Source: Macrostomum lignano (Eukaryota). Taken from it: a DNA stretch of 64,000 bases. The notes beneath the pieces are model-generated. The model was not told the DNA's origin and did not search any database. It saw only the letters and a program-made list of their open reading frames with translations. A program made the position numbers and the translations under genes. The stretch spans positions 186,001 through 250,000 of the forward strand of contig NIVC01000984.1 in the NCBI GenBank assembly GCA_002269645.1, in the 5' to 3' direction. Positions 52,236-64,000 of the stretch are shown piece by piece (the first letter of the stretch is position 1; every line of letters begins with the position of its first letter).

Positions 52236-52659
52236 GGACAGACAATAAGAATATCTCTAAGCTGCATTCACTCGCTCCATCGGTAACTGAGATACGCTGA
52301 GCGGCACGCCTGGTTGGTCAAATATAACAAACCACTCACTGCCAGCTCTGCAGCACGCACGACTGCTGCAAAGAATTCGCATAGCGCATCACTAGTTGCC
52401 AAGCAAATTACGATGGGCAGTTATGCCACAGTAGGCTATTTGTGTCTTCAGTAGGGAGCCAGCAGATTGCCATAGTAGAGAAAAAATACAAAAATAAAAT
52501 GGCCTCTATAGCTTCTGAAATGCCTGTCACAGTCACAATGCGAGTATGAGAGCGTTAATTAATTAATTAATTAAACCTATCCGACGAATAACCCTTTGTT
52601 TAGCGAATCAACTATTCAAGTCTTCAGAGCTTTAATAAAAAGAGCTCCAACCCAAAATA

Positions 52660-53320
52660 CTCCGCACTCTAATCCCACACACTCCAATCCTACACACTCC
52701 AATCCTACACACTCCAATCCCACACACTCCAATCCTACACACTCCAATCCCACACACTCCAATCCCACACACTCCAATCCTACACACTCCAATCCTACAC
52801 ACTCCAATCCCACACACTCCAATCCCACATACTCCAATCCCACACACTCCAATCCCACACACTCCAATCCCACACACTCCAATCCCACACACTCCAATCC
52901 CACTCACTCCAATCCCACACTCCAATCCTACACACTCCAATCCCACACTCCAATCCCACACACTCCAATCCCACACTCCAATCCTACACACTCCAATCCC
53001 ACACTCCAATCCCACATACTCCAATCCCACACACTCCAATCCCACACACTCCAATCCTACACACTCCAATCCCACACTCCAATCCCACATACTCCAATCC
53101 CACACACTCCAATCCCACACACTCCAATCCCACACACTCCAATCCCACACACTCCAATCCCACTCACTCCAATCCCACACTCCAATCCTACACACTCCAA
53201 TCCCACACACTCCAATCCCACACACTCCAATCCCACACACTCCAATCCCACACACTCCAATCCTACACACTCCAATCCCACACACTCCAGTCCCACACAC
53301 TCCAATCCCACACTCCAATT
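52660..53320. repeat. 15/13-bp minisatellite CCACACACTCCAATC
   Basis: About 45 units. Confidence 0.95.
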
Positions 53321-53844
53321 CCAAAGTAACTCATAATTTATTGCCTGAATCGCAAAGTCTGCTCAAAGAATTTCCAGCTACAGTCGCCACAGAGAGAAGT
53401 CCCAGCATCGCAGCTCAATGCTAATTCACTAAATGCCTAAATAAAGGCAATTTGATCAGAAGCAGAAAAGATGTAAAGAAACAGAGCAAAGAACATGCAA
53501 AGAATAATCGGGCACAAAGAGTGACTAAATTGAGTCTGTTTGCGTGAACCATTTCTACTCACTCGATTCGGCCACCCTTATACAGAAGATCTCATTACTC
53601 TAGTAGCCTAAGTTTTGCGTTTTCTCAGTAATTATTAGCTAACTGATACTTTGTGTAGTACCGGCAAATTTTAATTATCAGTGCCAGGAGTCTCTCTCTG
53701 AAGCACGGTTGACCTGACCTCAACCGATGAGACAGACGCATCAGACGTATCAGTTTACCAAGTTTACTGCCAAAAATACACATTAGAGTTTCCGGAAACT
53801 CACCAATGTCAGCAGCTTGTTGCTATTACGATATTAGCGAAACA

Positions 53845-53905
53845 AACAACTGACGCTGATTGGCTGAGCCCAGCAGCCAATGCCGGCTGCGGCTTGGGCA
53901 GAATA
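53845..53905 (+). promoter_or_regulatory. Candidate proximal promoter: TGACG half-site plus inverted pair of CCAAT boxes
   Basis: CTGACGCTGATTGGCTGAGCCCAGCAGCCAATG ~110-140 nt upstream of the GPCR ATG. Motif match only. Confidence 0.3.
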
Positions 53906-53993
53906 ATAATGAACTCTGCTTGCCGCATGACTGAGTCAACTTGCTGCACTCAGCTAACCGGCCTTGCCTATTCAACTCCGAACAGCTGTCGAC

Positions 53994-55172
53994 ATGTTTC
54001 AGCTGACTGTACAGCCGGCGAACTGCTCCCTAGGCGACAATTCTGACAACTCAAGCCTGAATTTGGCGCCGGCGCCAGACCTGACCATGGGCGCCATGAA
54101 GTGCGCCTTTGCCGCGCTAGGATTGACTAATTTGGTGCTCAACAGCCTGTCTCTGCTGGTGTTCCTGTGCCACCGTCAGAAGGAGTCCATCATCCGGCTG
54201 CTGCTGCTCATGCTGTCCAGCACCGAGGTGCTCGCCAGCTTCGGCATGACCAGCGTCGCCATCGCCCGCCTCGTACTGGAGGTGGCGCCACATCGGGTCG
54301 GCTACGCGTCGGATGAGGCGGCCAGGCAGCTGGTGCGCTTCCTGTCCATCACCTGGGTGATGGCCAACGCCTTCCTGCTGGCCCGCAACTGGTGTGTGGT
54401 GCTCATCGCAGTCAGCCGGTGCGAGGCGGTCGTCAGGCCGTTCTCGCGCAACACCGGCCGCTGCTGCGGCCACCGCACAGTCAGCGGCATCTTCGTCGGC
54501 ATCCTGCTGCTGGGCCTGGCCTTCGGCATTCCCAAGGCCTTCCAAGAGCAGTACGTGTACTGCGCCGAGACAGGACGCATCGTAGCCAAGGTGCCGCTGT
54601 ATCCGTTCAATTTCTACGGCGAATTCTACCTGAGCTCGATGTTCTTTCAGGCCGTGCTGCCGGTCATTCTGGTCAGCGTAGCCTCCGTCGCCATGACGAT
54701 CGGACTGCGCCGGCATCGCGGCAGCGGTGCAGTCGGCGGCAACCAGGCGCACATGAAGGCAACCCGCATGGTGCAGCTGCTGCTGCTCGTGTTCGTCTGC
54801 ATGGAGATGCCGATGTTCCTCACCGTGCTCATCGGTGTGAAAGTCCCGGACGATAGCCAGGCCTGGGACAGCTTCATGAAGTACGCCATCGAGCTGTCGA
54901 ATTTTTGCATCAATTTGGACTCCACCTGCAACTTCGTCGTGTACATGAAGACCAACAGCACGTTTCGGTCGGTGATTTTACGCCGGCGTCGGCATCAGAA
55001 ACAGCTGACTAGCGGCGTGTGCGTCGGCGGTCACGATGGAGGCGGCGCTGGCAGTGTCCTAAGCGCCGGTAGACACGGCAGGCGAGCGGGCAGCCCGTGC
55101 TCAACAATGCAGCACCAGTACTCAATGCTGCCGAGTCCCAGAATCACCCTGCAAGTCACCAGCTGCGTCTAG
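53994..55172 (+). CDS. Single-coding-exon rhodopsin-family orphan peptide GPCR (flatworm PROF1/Rho-L-like)
   Basis: Seven hydrophobic segments; N-glycosylation sites in the N-terminus; ARNWCVVLIAVSRCEAVVRP (TM3), QAVLPVILV (TM5), FVCMEMP (TM6), NLDSTCNFVVY (TM7). Acceptor AG 8 nt before the ATG. Confidence 0.88.
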   Translation: MFQLTVQPANCSLGDNSDNSSLNLAPAPDLTMGAMKCAFAALGLTNLVLNSLSLLVFLCHRQKESIIRLLLLMLSSTEVLASFGMTSVAIARLVLEVAPHRVGYASDEAARQLVRFLSITWVMANAFLLARNWCVVLIAVSRCEAVVRPFSRNTGRCCGHRTVSGIFVGILLLGLAFGIPKAFQEQYVYCAETGRIVAKVPLYPFNFYGEFYLSSMFFQAVLPVILVSVASVAMTIGLRRHRGSGAVGGNQAHMKATRMVQLLLLVFVCMEMPMFLTVLIGVKVPDDSQAWDSFMKYAIELSNFCINLDSTCNFVVYMKTNSTFRSVILRRRRHQKQLTSGVCVGGHDGGGAGSVLSAGRHGRRAGSPCSTMQHQYSMLPSPRITLQVTSCV

Positions 55173-55179
55173 GCCCGCT

Positions 55180-55675
55180 GAGGACTTTTGGCAACCTGAG
55201 GACTTTTAGCAACCTGAGGACTTTTAGCAACCTGAGGACTTTTGGCAACCTAAGGACTTTTAGCAACCTGAGGACTTTTGGCAACCTGAGGACTTTTAGC
55301 AACCTGAGGACTTTTGGCAACCTGAGGACTTTTGGCAACCTGAGGACTTTTAGCAACCTGAGGACTTTTGGCAACCTGAGGACTTTTAGCAACCTGAGGA
55401 CTTTTGGCAACCTGAGGACTTTTGGCAACCTGAGGACTTTTGGCAATCTGAGGACTTTTAGCAACCTGAGGACTTTTAGCAACCTGAGGACTTTTGGCAA
55501 CCTGAGGACTTTTAGCAACCTGAGGACTTTTGGCAACCTGAGGACTTTTAGCAACCTGAGGACTTTTAGCAACCTGAGAACTTTTGGCAACCTGAGGACT
55601 TTTAGCAACCTGAGAACTTTTGGCAACCTGAGGACTTTTAGCAACCTGAGGACTTTTAGCAACCTGAGGACTTTC
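55180..55675. repeat. 18-bp minisatellite CTGAGGACTTTT(G/A)GCAAC
   Basis: About 27 units beginning a few nt after the GPCR stop. Confidence 0.97.
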
Positions 55676-56694
55676 GCAGCCTGTCCTGTGTTTTTGCATT
55701 TTACTGCGCAATTCATAATGCATGGAAGATGCAGGGCAAGGCGAGCCCCCCAGGCTCGTAATCGCCTCCAGCTGACGCCGGCCTGTCACTTGTCACTGCT
55801 GTCCCCCTGTCTGCTTCTCTGCCCAGACCAGTCACCGTCAGACGCTATCATTACCAGCAACAGGCTCAAGCCTCTCCAGCAATCTTAACCAGAAATGCCT
55901 CCATCACTTCCAGCCGCCGCAGCCTCCGCTTCCGCATCAATCAAGCAGCTGGAATCCCTCTCGTTCGCGGCCCCTCCCCTCTCTCTGTCTCCCGTCTTTT
56001 ACGTCGGAGCAAAAATTCGACACAGAAATATTTGCGGCGGGGAGGCATAAACACTGTATGGGCCGTGTGCTGCTGCTGCTGGCTCTGCTGCGTGTCAAGC
56101 ACAGGTAACTGCCGGACTCGGGCCCTCGAACCCCCTGGAACAGGAAGCCAGGCAATGAAAAAGCTAAGAAAACTTTTCTCTGGCCAGATTTAAACCGAAG
56201 TTGTCTCGCTATAGTAAAGCCAAAAGTGCTTTCTACGATCTTTTTTTATTTAAATCAGATCCAGCACTTTTTCATCGGCCTCAAAGGTCTTAGCAGAAGC
56301 TACAGAGTCGTCTCTCAAGTCCCTTGGCTACCGGGTTTGAGATTGTGAAAGTTTCAAGAGTGACGAGTATTTTTGTTCCGTCCTTGTCAGTTCGCTCGTA
56401 TCATCAGTGTCATTCTAGCAGAGCCGGACGATGCAACTGTTAATTAAGCCATCTACCAATATTCTTGACTGTAAGACAGTAAATAGATTCTCAAGACTGC
56501 TTGAAATACAAATATTGTAATAGTTTATACGCTTTTGTGTCACAACCGTAACTTTTATATGCGTCTGTTGATTTTGAATACTGATCTGATTGATGCGCTG
56601 GTTATGTTTAACTGCTGGGTGTGCGAAAAATGCGTCATATCAACTGATGGTCATAAGGACTGGGATTATGGCAATTTTTTCCACCGGAGGTAAT

Positions 56695-57490
56695 CTGGTC
56701 ATAGAATCATCTGGCCATAGAATCATCTGGTCACAGAATCATCAGGTCACAGAATAATTTGGTCACAGAATCATCTGGTCATAGAATCATCTAGCCATAG
56801 AATCATCTGGTCATATAATCATCTGGTCACAGAATCATCTGGTCATAGAATCATCTAGCCATAGAATCATCTGGTCATATAATCATCTGGTCACAGAATA
56901 ATTTGGTCACAGAATCATCTGGTCATAGAATCATCTAGCCATAGAATCATCTGGTCACAGAATCATCTGGTCATAGAATCATCTAGCCATAGAATCATCT
57001 GGTCATATAATCATCTGGTCACAGAATCATTTAGTCACAGAATCATCTGGTCACAGAATCATCTAGCCATAGAATCATCTGGTCATATAATCATCTGGTC
57101 ATAGAGTCATCTGGTCACAGAACCATCTGGTCATCGAATCATCTGGTCATCTAAAAAGCTGGTCATAGAATCATCCGGTCATATAATCATATGGTCATAG
57201 AATCATCTGGTCATCGAATAATCTGGTCATAGAATAATCTGGTCATCGAATCATCTGGTCGTAGAAACATCCGGTCATAGAATAATATGGTCATCGAATA
57301 AACTGGTCATAGAATCATGTAGTCAAAAAATCATCCGGTCATAGAATCATCTAGTCATAGAATCATCTAGTCATAGAATCATCTAGTCATAGAATCATCT
57401 AGTCATAGAATCATCTGGTCATAGAATCATCTGGTCATAGAATCATCTGGTCACAGAATCATCTAGTCATAAAATCATCTAGTCATAGGC
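56695..57490. repeat. 16-bp minisatellite AGAATCATCTGGTCAT
   Basis: About 48 variably degenerate units. Confidence 0.93.
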
Positions 57491-58159
57491 TCAAAAACCG
57501 GTCAGAAGCTCATCTGGTCATAAATCAATTAGGTCACGGGAATACATAGTCGTCAGGTCATGAAGATTTACATCCAGAACAGACTTTGCGTTACTGTAAA
57601 TGGCAATAGAAATGGTTGGACATAATAGTTTCTAATGCAGATTAAAGCTCCGCGTCATTCGTAACAAATGTTCTGTTTGGTTTCTCATACCTATAATTAT
57701 TTGAACTAGAAATAGTTAAAGTTTGCTTCTTCACAGGCAGCCCATTGCAATCTTGATGAAGGCATCTCTCGAACTCGTCCGAGAGCGAAAGGCAGATCAG
57801 CTTTCCAGGAAAGCCGGGTTCGAGTTTCCTCCAGCGGAAAGCGGAAGGCAGACAGACGGGTGCAAGAAAACGCACCGCTGCTTCTCATCTGCTTGGCGAG
57901 GCGGTGGAAGAATCTTGAAAATGATGGAAATCAAATGATGACGTTGGTGGCAGATAGCGGGACATGGATTCGAGAAGGAATGGGTTAAGAGTGATTGAGC
58001 TGGATAAAAGTAAAAAAATGGTGTAAGTTAAAAATAGATTGGGTCTGAAGTTAAACAGCCAGAGATGGAGAAAGGGATGAGATGGAAAATTTGAAATTTA
58101 AGGTGCAGAAAGAAACGATGGACCAGAGAGCTCCATACTAATTGGGAGCCTGAAACAGG

Positions 58160-58340
58160 AGAGGATTAAGGCAGAGATCTATAGGCAGAAACAGGAGATG
58201 AGTAAGGCATAAATCTATAGGCAGAAACAGGTGAGGAGTAAGGCAGAGATCTGTAGGCAGAAACAGGTGAAGAGTAAGGCAGAGATCTGTAGGCAAAAAC
58301 AGGTGAGGAGTAAGGCAGAGATCTATAGGCAGAAACAGGC
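58160..58340. repeat. 36-bp repeat AAACAGGTGAGGAGTAAGGCAGAGATCT(G/A)TAGGCAG
   Basis: About 5 units. Confidence 0.88.
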
Positions 58341-58829
58341 GAATAAAGAGAATAGAAATTAGACAGTTAGCCACTGCCAAAGAGAGCTCTAAGAAATGAC
58401 ATAAAGCGTAACAGAGGTTTTACATGCGGCTGGAATCAAAGACTCAATCAATCAATCTTGAGAGTCAGAGCCCGAGGATGCCAATTAGTGAAAAAATTCT
58501 GAACTTCAAGAAATCAGTGCCGATATCTGCTTGCACTGCAAGGGGTTCCAAAACCAATCATAATCAATCCAGGCCGGGCACTGCTCCAGGAATTCCAGCA
58601 CGTGAAAGCAGAGAACAAAAATAGCCCGTATTTACATCAAGGCTGCCTCAGCAGCTGCTGCGGATAAAAGACCCTCGCATTTTAGTTCGCCATTCTCATC
58701 CCAGATAAGTCCTCACGGCCTTCCTCGACGCAAAATATGTTTTTTTTCAGATAGCAAACATATTTTTGTTAGTACGTCGAATACTTTTTCTGCAAACAGA
58801 TTCGTTGAAACATTATTGATTTATTAAAG

Positions 58830-59655
58830 GAACTGCGATGGCAGAGGGGAATTGAAGGAGGAACTGAGACTGCAGATGGGGATTCAAGCAAGAACTGGGA
58901 TGGCAGAGGGGAATTGAAGGAGGAACTGGGATGGCAGACGGGAATTGAAGGAGGAACTGGGATGGCAGAGGGGAATTGAAGGAGGAACTGGGATGGCAGA
59001 AGGGAATTGAAGGAGGAACTGAGACTGCAGATGGGGATTCAAGCAGGAACTGGGATGGCAGAGGGGAATTCAAGCAGGAACTGGGATAGCAGAGGGGAAT
59101 TCAAGCAGGAACTGGGATAGCAGAGGGGAATTCAAGCAGGAACTGGGATGGCAGAGGGGAACTCAAGGAGGAACTGGGATGGCAGAGGGGGAATTCAAGG
59201 AACTGGGATGGCAGAGGGGAATTCAAGCAGGAACTGGGATGGCAGAGGGGAATTGAAGGAGGAACTGGGATGGCAGACGGGAATTGAAGGAGGAACTGGG
59301 ATGGCAGAGGGGAATTGAAGGAGGAACTGGGATGGCAGAAGGGAATTGAAGGAGGAACTGAGACTGCAGATGGGGATTCAAGCAGGAACTGGGATGGCAG
59401 AGGGGAATTCAAGCAGGAACTGGGATAGCAGAGGGGAATTCAAGCAGGAACTGGGATAGCAGAGGGGAATTCAAGCAGGAACTGGGATGGCAGAGGGGAA
59501 CTCAAGGAGGAACTGGGATGGCAGAGGGGGAATTCAAGGAACTGGGATGGCAGAGGGGAATTCAAGCAGGAACTGGGATGGCAGAGGGGAATTGAAGGAG
59601 GAACTGAGACTGCAGAGGGGAATTCAAGCAGGAACTGGGATGGCAGAGGGGAATT
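58830..59655. repeat. 31-bp minisatellite GAACTGGGATGGCAGAGGGGAATTGAAGGAG with higher-order duplication
   Basis: About 26 units; the variant order at ~58920-59200 recurs at ~59270-59560. Confidence 0.93.
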
Positions 59656-60164
59656 AGAAGTAGAACTTTCGAAGCGGAAACGACAGCGAGTCAGACGTGG
59701 AAGACGTCAGCTGGAAATGGAATCTATTTTCTAACATTTGATTTGCATCTCCGGCTGTGGCGTCAGCTCGCTGCCCTTTGACTTCTGTCTAGCTATTAAT
59801 TAAGAAATGCAGCTGTTGCTGAGAACTGAGGATGGAAGCCAGTCTCGGTCCCGCGTATTCCCCACAGGATTGGGATTGATTCCAAACAGCACGGAGGCGG
59901 GAGTGATGCGTGTTTTTTTGCCGCAAAAAATATTCTGCATCTTCGTCATCAGATAAGCAAATAGCTATTGCCCCGTTTTTGTCCCGCGCTTACCGAAAGA
60001 AACGAGTGAAAGTTGGTACACAGACGCAGACAGTGCGCGGTAGAGTGACTACAAAATCAACCCAGTCTTCTGCTTTGTAAGCCGTGCAACTTTTTATTAA
60101 CTTCTTCTTTTGCGGAAGTTGGCAGTGCAGATGCTTTTTGTCACTCCAATATTATGCAAGCCAC

Positions 60165-60430
60165 ACATGTGGGTCCTTCGGATCCACACAGGGTCCTTTG
60201 GGTTCACACAGGTTAATTTATGTCCACACAGGGTCCTCTGGGTTCACACAGGGTAATTTATGGCAACACAGGGTCCTCTGGGTTCACACAGGGTAATTTA
60301 TGTCCACAACGGGTCCTTTGAATTCACATAGGGGTCCTTTGGGTCCATATGGGGTGCTTTGGGTCTACAAAGGGTTTTTGGGTCCACACGGGGTCCTTTG
60401 GGTTCACACAGGGTCCTTTGGATCCACATA
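60165..60430. repeat. Degenerate ~20-bp repeat CACACAGGGTCCTTTGGGTT
   Basis: Direct reading. Confidence 0.8.
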
Positions 60431-61004
60431 GGTAGGGGGGTTGATAGAGACGCGATGAGCTAACCGAGCGGGTTCACAGGGGTCATTTTAGGTCAGAGTG
60501 GGGTCACGCTGACGAAAGACGTAACAAAATAAGAGCTTTCTGAATGAATTAATGCTTTCAGAGAGAATAAGCTCAGGATTTTTCCTGAATATTTTATACT
60601 ACTCACATGCTCCGCTGCTGAACGTCAAGAATTCTCGAGAGAAAGTGCTCATTCCGTTAAACAGTGTGTCCTGCTACAGCCTCTGGAATAGAAAGCTAGA
60701 TATAGCTGCTATATGAGTTAGGGGTGTGTAGTCGGGATATCGGATCCCCAATTGCATTGTAATAATCCTACAAGATAATGCCATTATAGGCCACCACTAA
60801 CTGGCAGCCAGCACTGAGCTTGAAGAGCAGCATTGAGAACGGGGAAGAAGACAATCTTGGGATAAAACCTAAGCATTAACTTGAGAGGCTCAGCTAATCA
60901 ATACGGATCAAAGATAGTAGACTGCCAAGTGATCGCAGTGCCGAGGCGGCATTCCAAATCTTCAAGGGTTCTGCATACTGTAGAAAAGCTTTCCCAGACC
61001 GCAA

Positions 61005-61660
61005 CTCCCAATTACACTGCCCCAATTTGACTGCCCCAGTTTGACTGCCCCAATTTGATTGCCCCAATTTGACTGCCCCAATTTGACTGCCCCAGTTTGA
61101 CTGCCCCAATTTGATTGCCCCAATTACACTGCCCCAATTTGACTGCCCCAGTTTGACTGCCCCAATTTGATTGCCCCAATTTGACTGCCCCAATTTGACT
61201 GCCCCAATTTGACTGCCCCAATTTGATTGCCCCAATTTGACTGCCCCAGTTTGACTGCCCCAATTTGATTGCCCCAGTTTGACTGCCCCAATTTGACTGC
61301 CCCAATTTGACTGCCCCAATTTGACTGCCCCAATTTGACTGCCCCAATTTGATTGCCCCAGTTTGACTGCCGCAATTTGACTGCCCCAATTTGACTGCCG
61401 CAATTTGACTGCCCCAATTTGACTGCCCCAGTTTGACTGCCCCAGTTTGACTGCCCCAGTTTGACTGCCCCAGTTTGACTTCCCCAATTTGATTGCCCCA
61501 ATTTGACTGCCCCAATTTGACTGCCCCAATTTGACTGCCCCAATTTGACTGCCCCAATTTGACTGCCCCAATTTGACTGCCCCAGTTTGACTGCCCCAAT
61601 TTGACTGCCCCAATTTGATTGCCAGACATTTGACTGGCCCAACTTGACTGGTTGGCCCAA
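61005..61660. repeat. 15-bp minisatellite TTTGACTGCCCCAAT
   Basis: About 42 units. Confidence 0.96.
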
Positions 61661-62864
61661 ATTGGATCGGAAGTCAATTTGTGGCAGTCAAAATGTCATG
61701 GACCCATGAAAATGTAGTTTGGTGCTTCCAACAACGAGCAAACATTTAAAAAACAAAAAATGGGACGCTCAACACGGATAAGTCTCTGTCCGTGATAAAC
61801 TATCGTGTCAGCCCACCTGAGTTTAGCATTTAGCTACCTTGTAAACAGGGCTCAGATGAACAGAAGAGAAAGTCGCATTTGAGAATCGTTGCGTGATGCG
61901 GGCTTACTTTTTTGCAACGTCCCGACTATTCAGTTTTCATCTACCTTTCACATTCACATCAAACACAGCGGATTATTGCAATAATTTGACGATTCTAGAG
62001 AAAAATTAGATCTAGTTCTCATAACTGGCTTCTGAGGGTTGTTTTTGAGTTCGTTGTTTTTGCTGCTCTTGTCTGTCAGTCTTCGCCAACTGATAGGCGG
62101 CACAGCTAGGTGAGGAGAATTATCCCCCCACCCCATATCCCTCGACGGCGCGGAGGTAGAGTAAAGGGGGAGGGGAGGATGGCGTAAATCACGCGGCCGG
62201 ATGGTCGGGCAACAGCCTCCTTCTGCGCCAGATGATGCTGTTTTTGCAACTTAAGCCCGCTGGTTCCCTAGGGAGAGCGCGGAGTCGTCGCTATCCCCCC
62301 CTAATCCCCTGACTGGACGCGGTGTAAACAGATCGAGCCCAGTCCAGCATCCACAAGCACAATGCGAATACAACAACAACAAACAACAAAATACGCGACC
62401 CCGCATGCACAGTCACAGTCTTTAGTTTTCAATTTATTTGATCAAAAATGCTTGGATTAAGAACTTTTTTGCTGTCCTTAACACCCCAGCGCCTGAATTG
62501 ATTGCTTCATTGTTCAGCTCACAGCCGAAAAGGGTGGGAACTTGTATTCACGCCTTTTGCTTGCTTGTGGATTTTTTGATACAGTGGAGCAGAAATTCTG
62601 CGAAAAAATCAGCCACTGCTTCGTGCGTGAGCGCGAAGGCTATAAAAAGTGCATTGAAAAGTATTATCTCAGCTTTTCACATTGCTGTTGGCTCTGCTTC
62701 AGTCAATCAATTCGTAATCGTGACTGTCAGCGAAGTTCTATGGATCACTTGTTAAAATATGAAAAATAATTAACTATGAGCGTAGTTCTGAGGATTTAAT
62801 TAAATTGAATCAATCAATCAATCAATCGATCGACCAATGAATCATTGGTTGGCAAGAAGCGGAG

Positions 62865-63650
62865 AGATGAGAGTCAGGGGAAGAGATATAGAGAGAGGGG
62901 GGACGAGAGCCAGAGACGAGAGTCAAAGAGTCGAGAGTCAGAGAGACGAGAGTCAAGGAGACGAGAGTCAGAGAGACCAGAGTCAGATAGACAAGAGTCA
63001 AGGAGACGAGAGTCAGAGAGACGAGAGTCAAGGAGACGAGAGTCAGAGAGACCAGAGTCAGATAGACAAGAGTCAAGGAGACGAGAGTCAGAGAGACCAG
63101 AGTCAGATAGACAAGAGTCAAGGAGACGAGAATCAGAAGGACGAGAGTCAGAGAGGCGAGAGCCAGAGAGGCGAAAATCATGGAGAGAAGAGAGTCAAAG
63201 GCGAGAGTCAGAGAGACGAGAGTCAGAGAGACGAGGGTCTGAGAGACGAGAGTCAGAGAGACGAGAATCATGGAGAGACGAGAGTCAGAGAGACGAGAGT
63301 CAGAGAGGCGAGAGTCAGAGAGACGAGAGTCAGGGAGACGAGAGTCAGAGAGACGAGAGTCAGAGAGACGAGGGTCTGAGAGACGAGAGTCAGAGAGACG
63401 AGAATCATGGAGAGACGAGTCAGAGAGACGAGAATCATGGAGAGACGAGAGTCAGGGAGACGAGAGTCAGAGAGACGAGAGTCAGAGAGACGAGGGTCTG
63501 AGAGACGAGAGTCAGAGAGACGAGAATCATGGAGAGACGAGTCAGAGAGACGAGAATCATGGAGAGACGAGAGTCAGAGAGACGAGAGTCAGAGAGGCGA
63601 GAGTCAGAGAGACGAGAGTCAGGCTGACGAGAACCAGAGAGAATCAGTCT
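62865..63650. repeat. 15-bp minisatellite GAGAGACGAGAGTCA with higher-order variants
   Basis: About 50 units. Confidence 0.93.
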
Positions 63651-64000
63651 GACTGACTGTCCCCAATCACTAGCCTTAACCTTAGCTAAAAGGCTTTACC
63701 CGAATCAATGCACTACTAATTGGGTTTCCCATGAGACTTAACGCCATACTCAACTCGGATATTTTTTACAGAGCTTCCTATACGGGCTGATCCTGCCCGC
63801 CTGCACATTCTGCGATATTCCAAGGCCCTAAACTAATTATAGGATTGGGCAGACTAAGCAATTGTAGAGCGATCGCTGCGTTGTGTTGGCTTCGGGATCA
63901 GTTTCGGGGTGGAAGTTTCTGGAGCTCTGATGCGGCCCGGACGATATCGCAGTTCATAATGAAGCTGCTTATCTGCTGGCTTGATTGAGACAATATTTTC

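Noticed and set aside
62518-62769. Cys-containing ORF as a terminal exon
   Set aside because: An acceptor-like site exists, but no upstream partner exon or recognisable family was found; not supportable from sequence alone.

Overview
Eukaryotic, repeat-rich genomic DNA. GC-rich exons, short GT-AG introns, flatworm-type peptide GPCRs and abundant minisatellites suggest a free-living flatworm such as Macrostomum; this is inference. Supported genes: a 4-exon polyQ/C2H2 zinc-finger gene with CtBP motifs and an apparent 1-nt frameshift (10508-15155, +); a YTHDF m6A reader (19004-~20506, -); a 4-exon Roundabout receptor with 5 Ig, 3 FN3 and a TM (35489-42750, +); two rhodopsin-family orphan peptide GPCRs (44300-45776, -; 53994-55172, +); and a small ORF with possible Rdx/SelW-like fold (47275-47610, -). 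Mobile DNA includes an RTE-clade non-LTR insertion with a 10-bp TSD, three copies of a tRNA-headed SINE, and a hAT-type MITE family. About 25 tandem arrays fill introns and gene flanks. The most striking structure is the RTE insertion (21738-22947). Its 5' part is an inverted HDV-like ribozyme, joined to the sense RT fragment by five exact copies of a 17-mer from the ribozyme's 5' end. This looks like twin priming plus telomerase-like reiterative copying at a self-cleaved RNA end.
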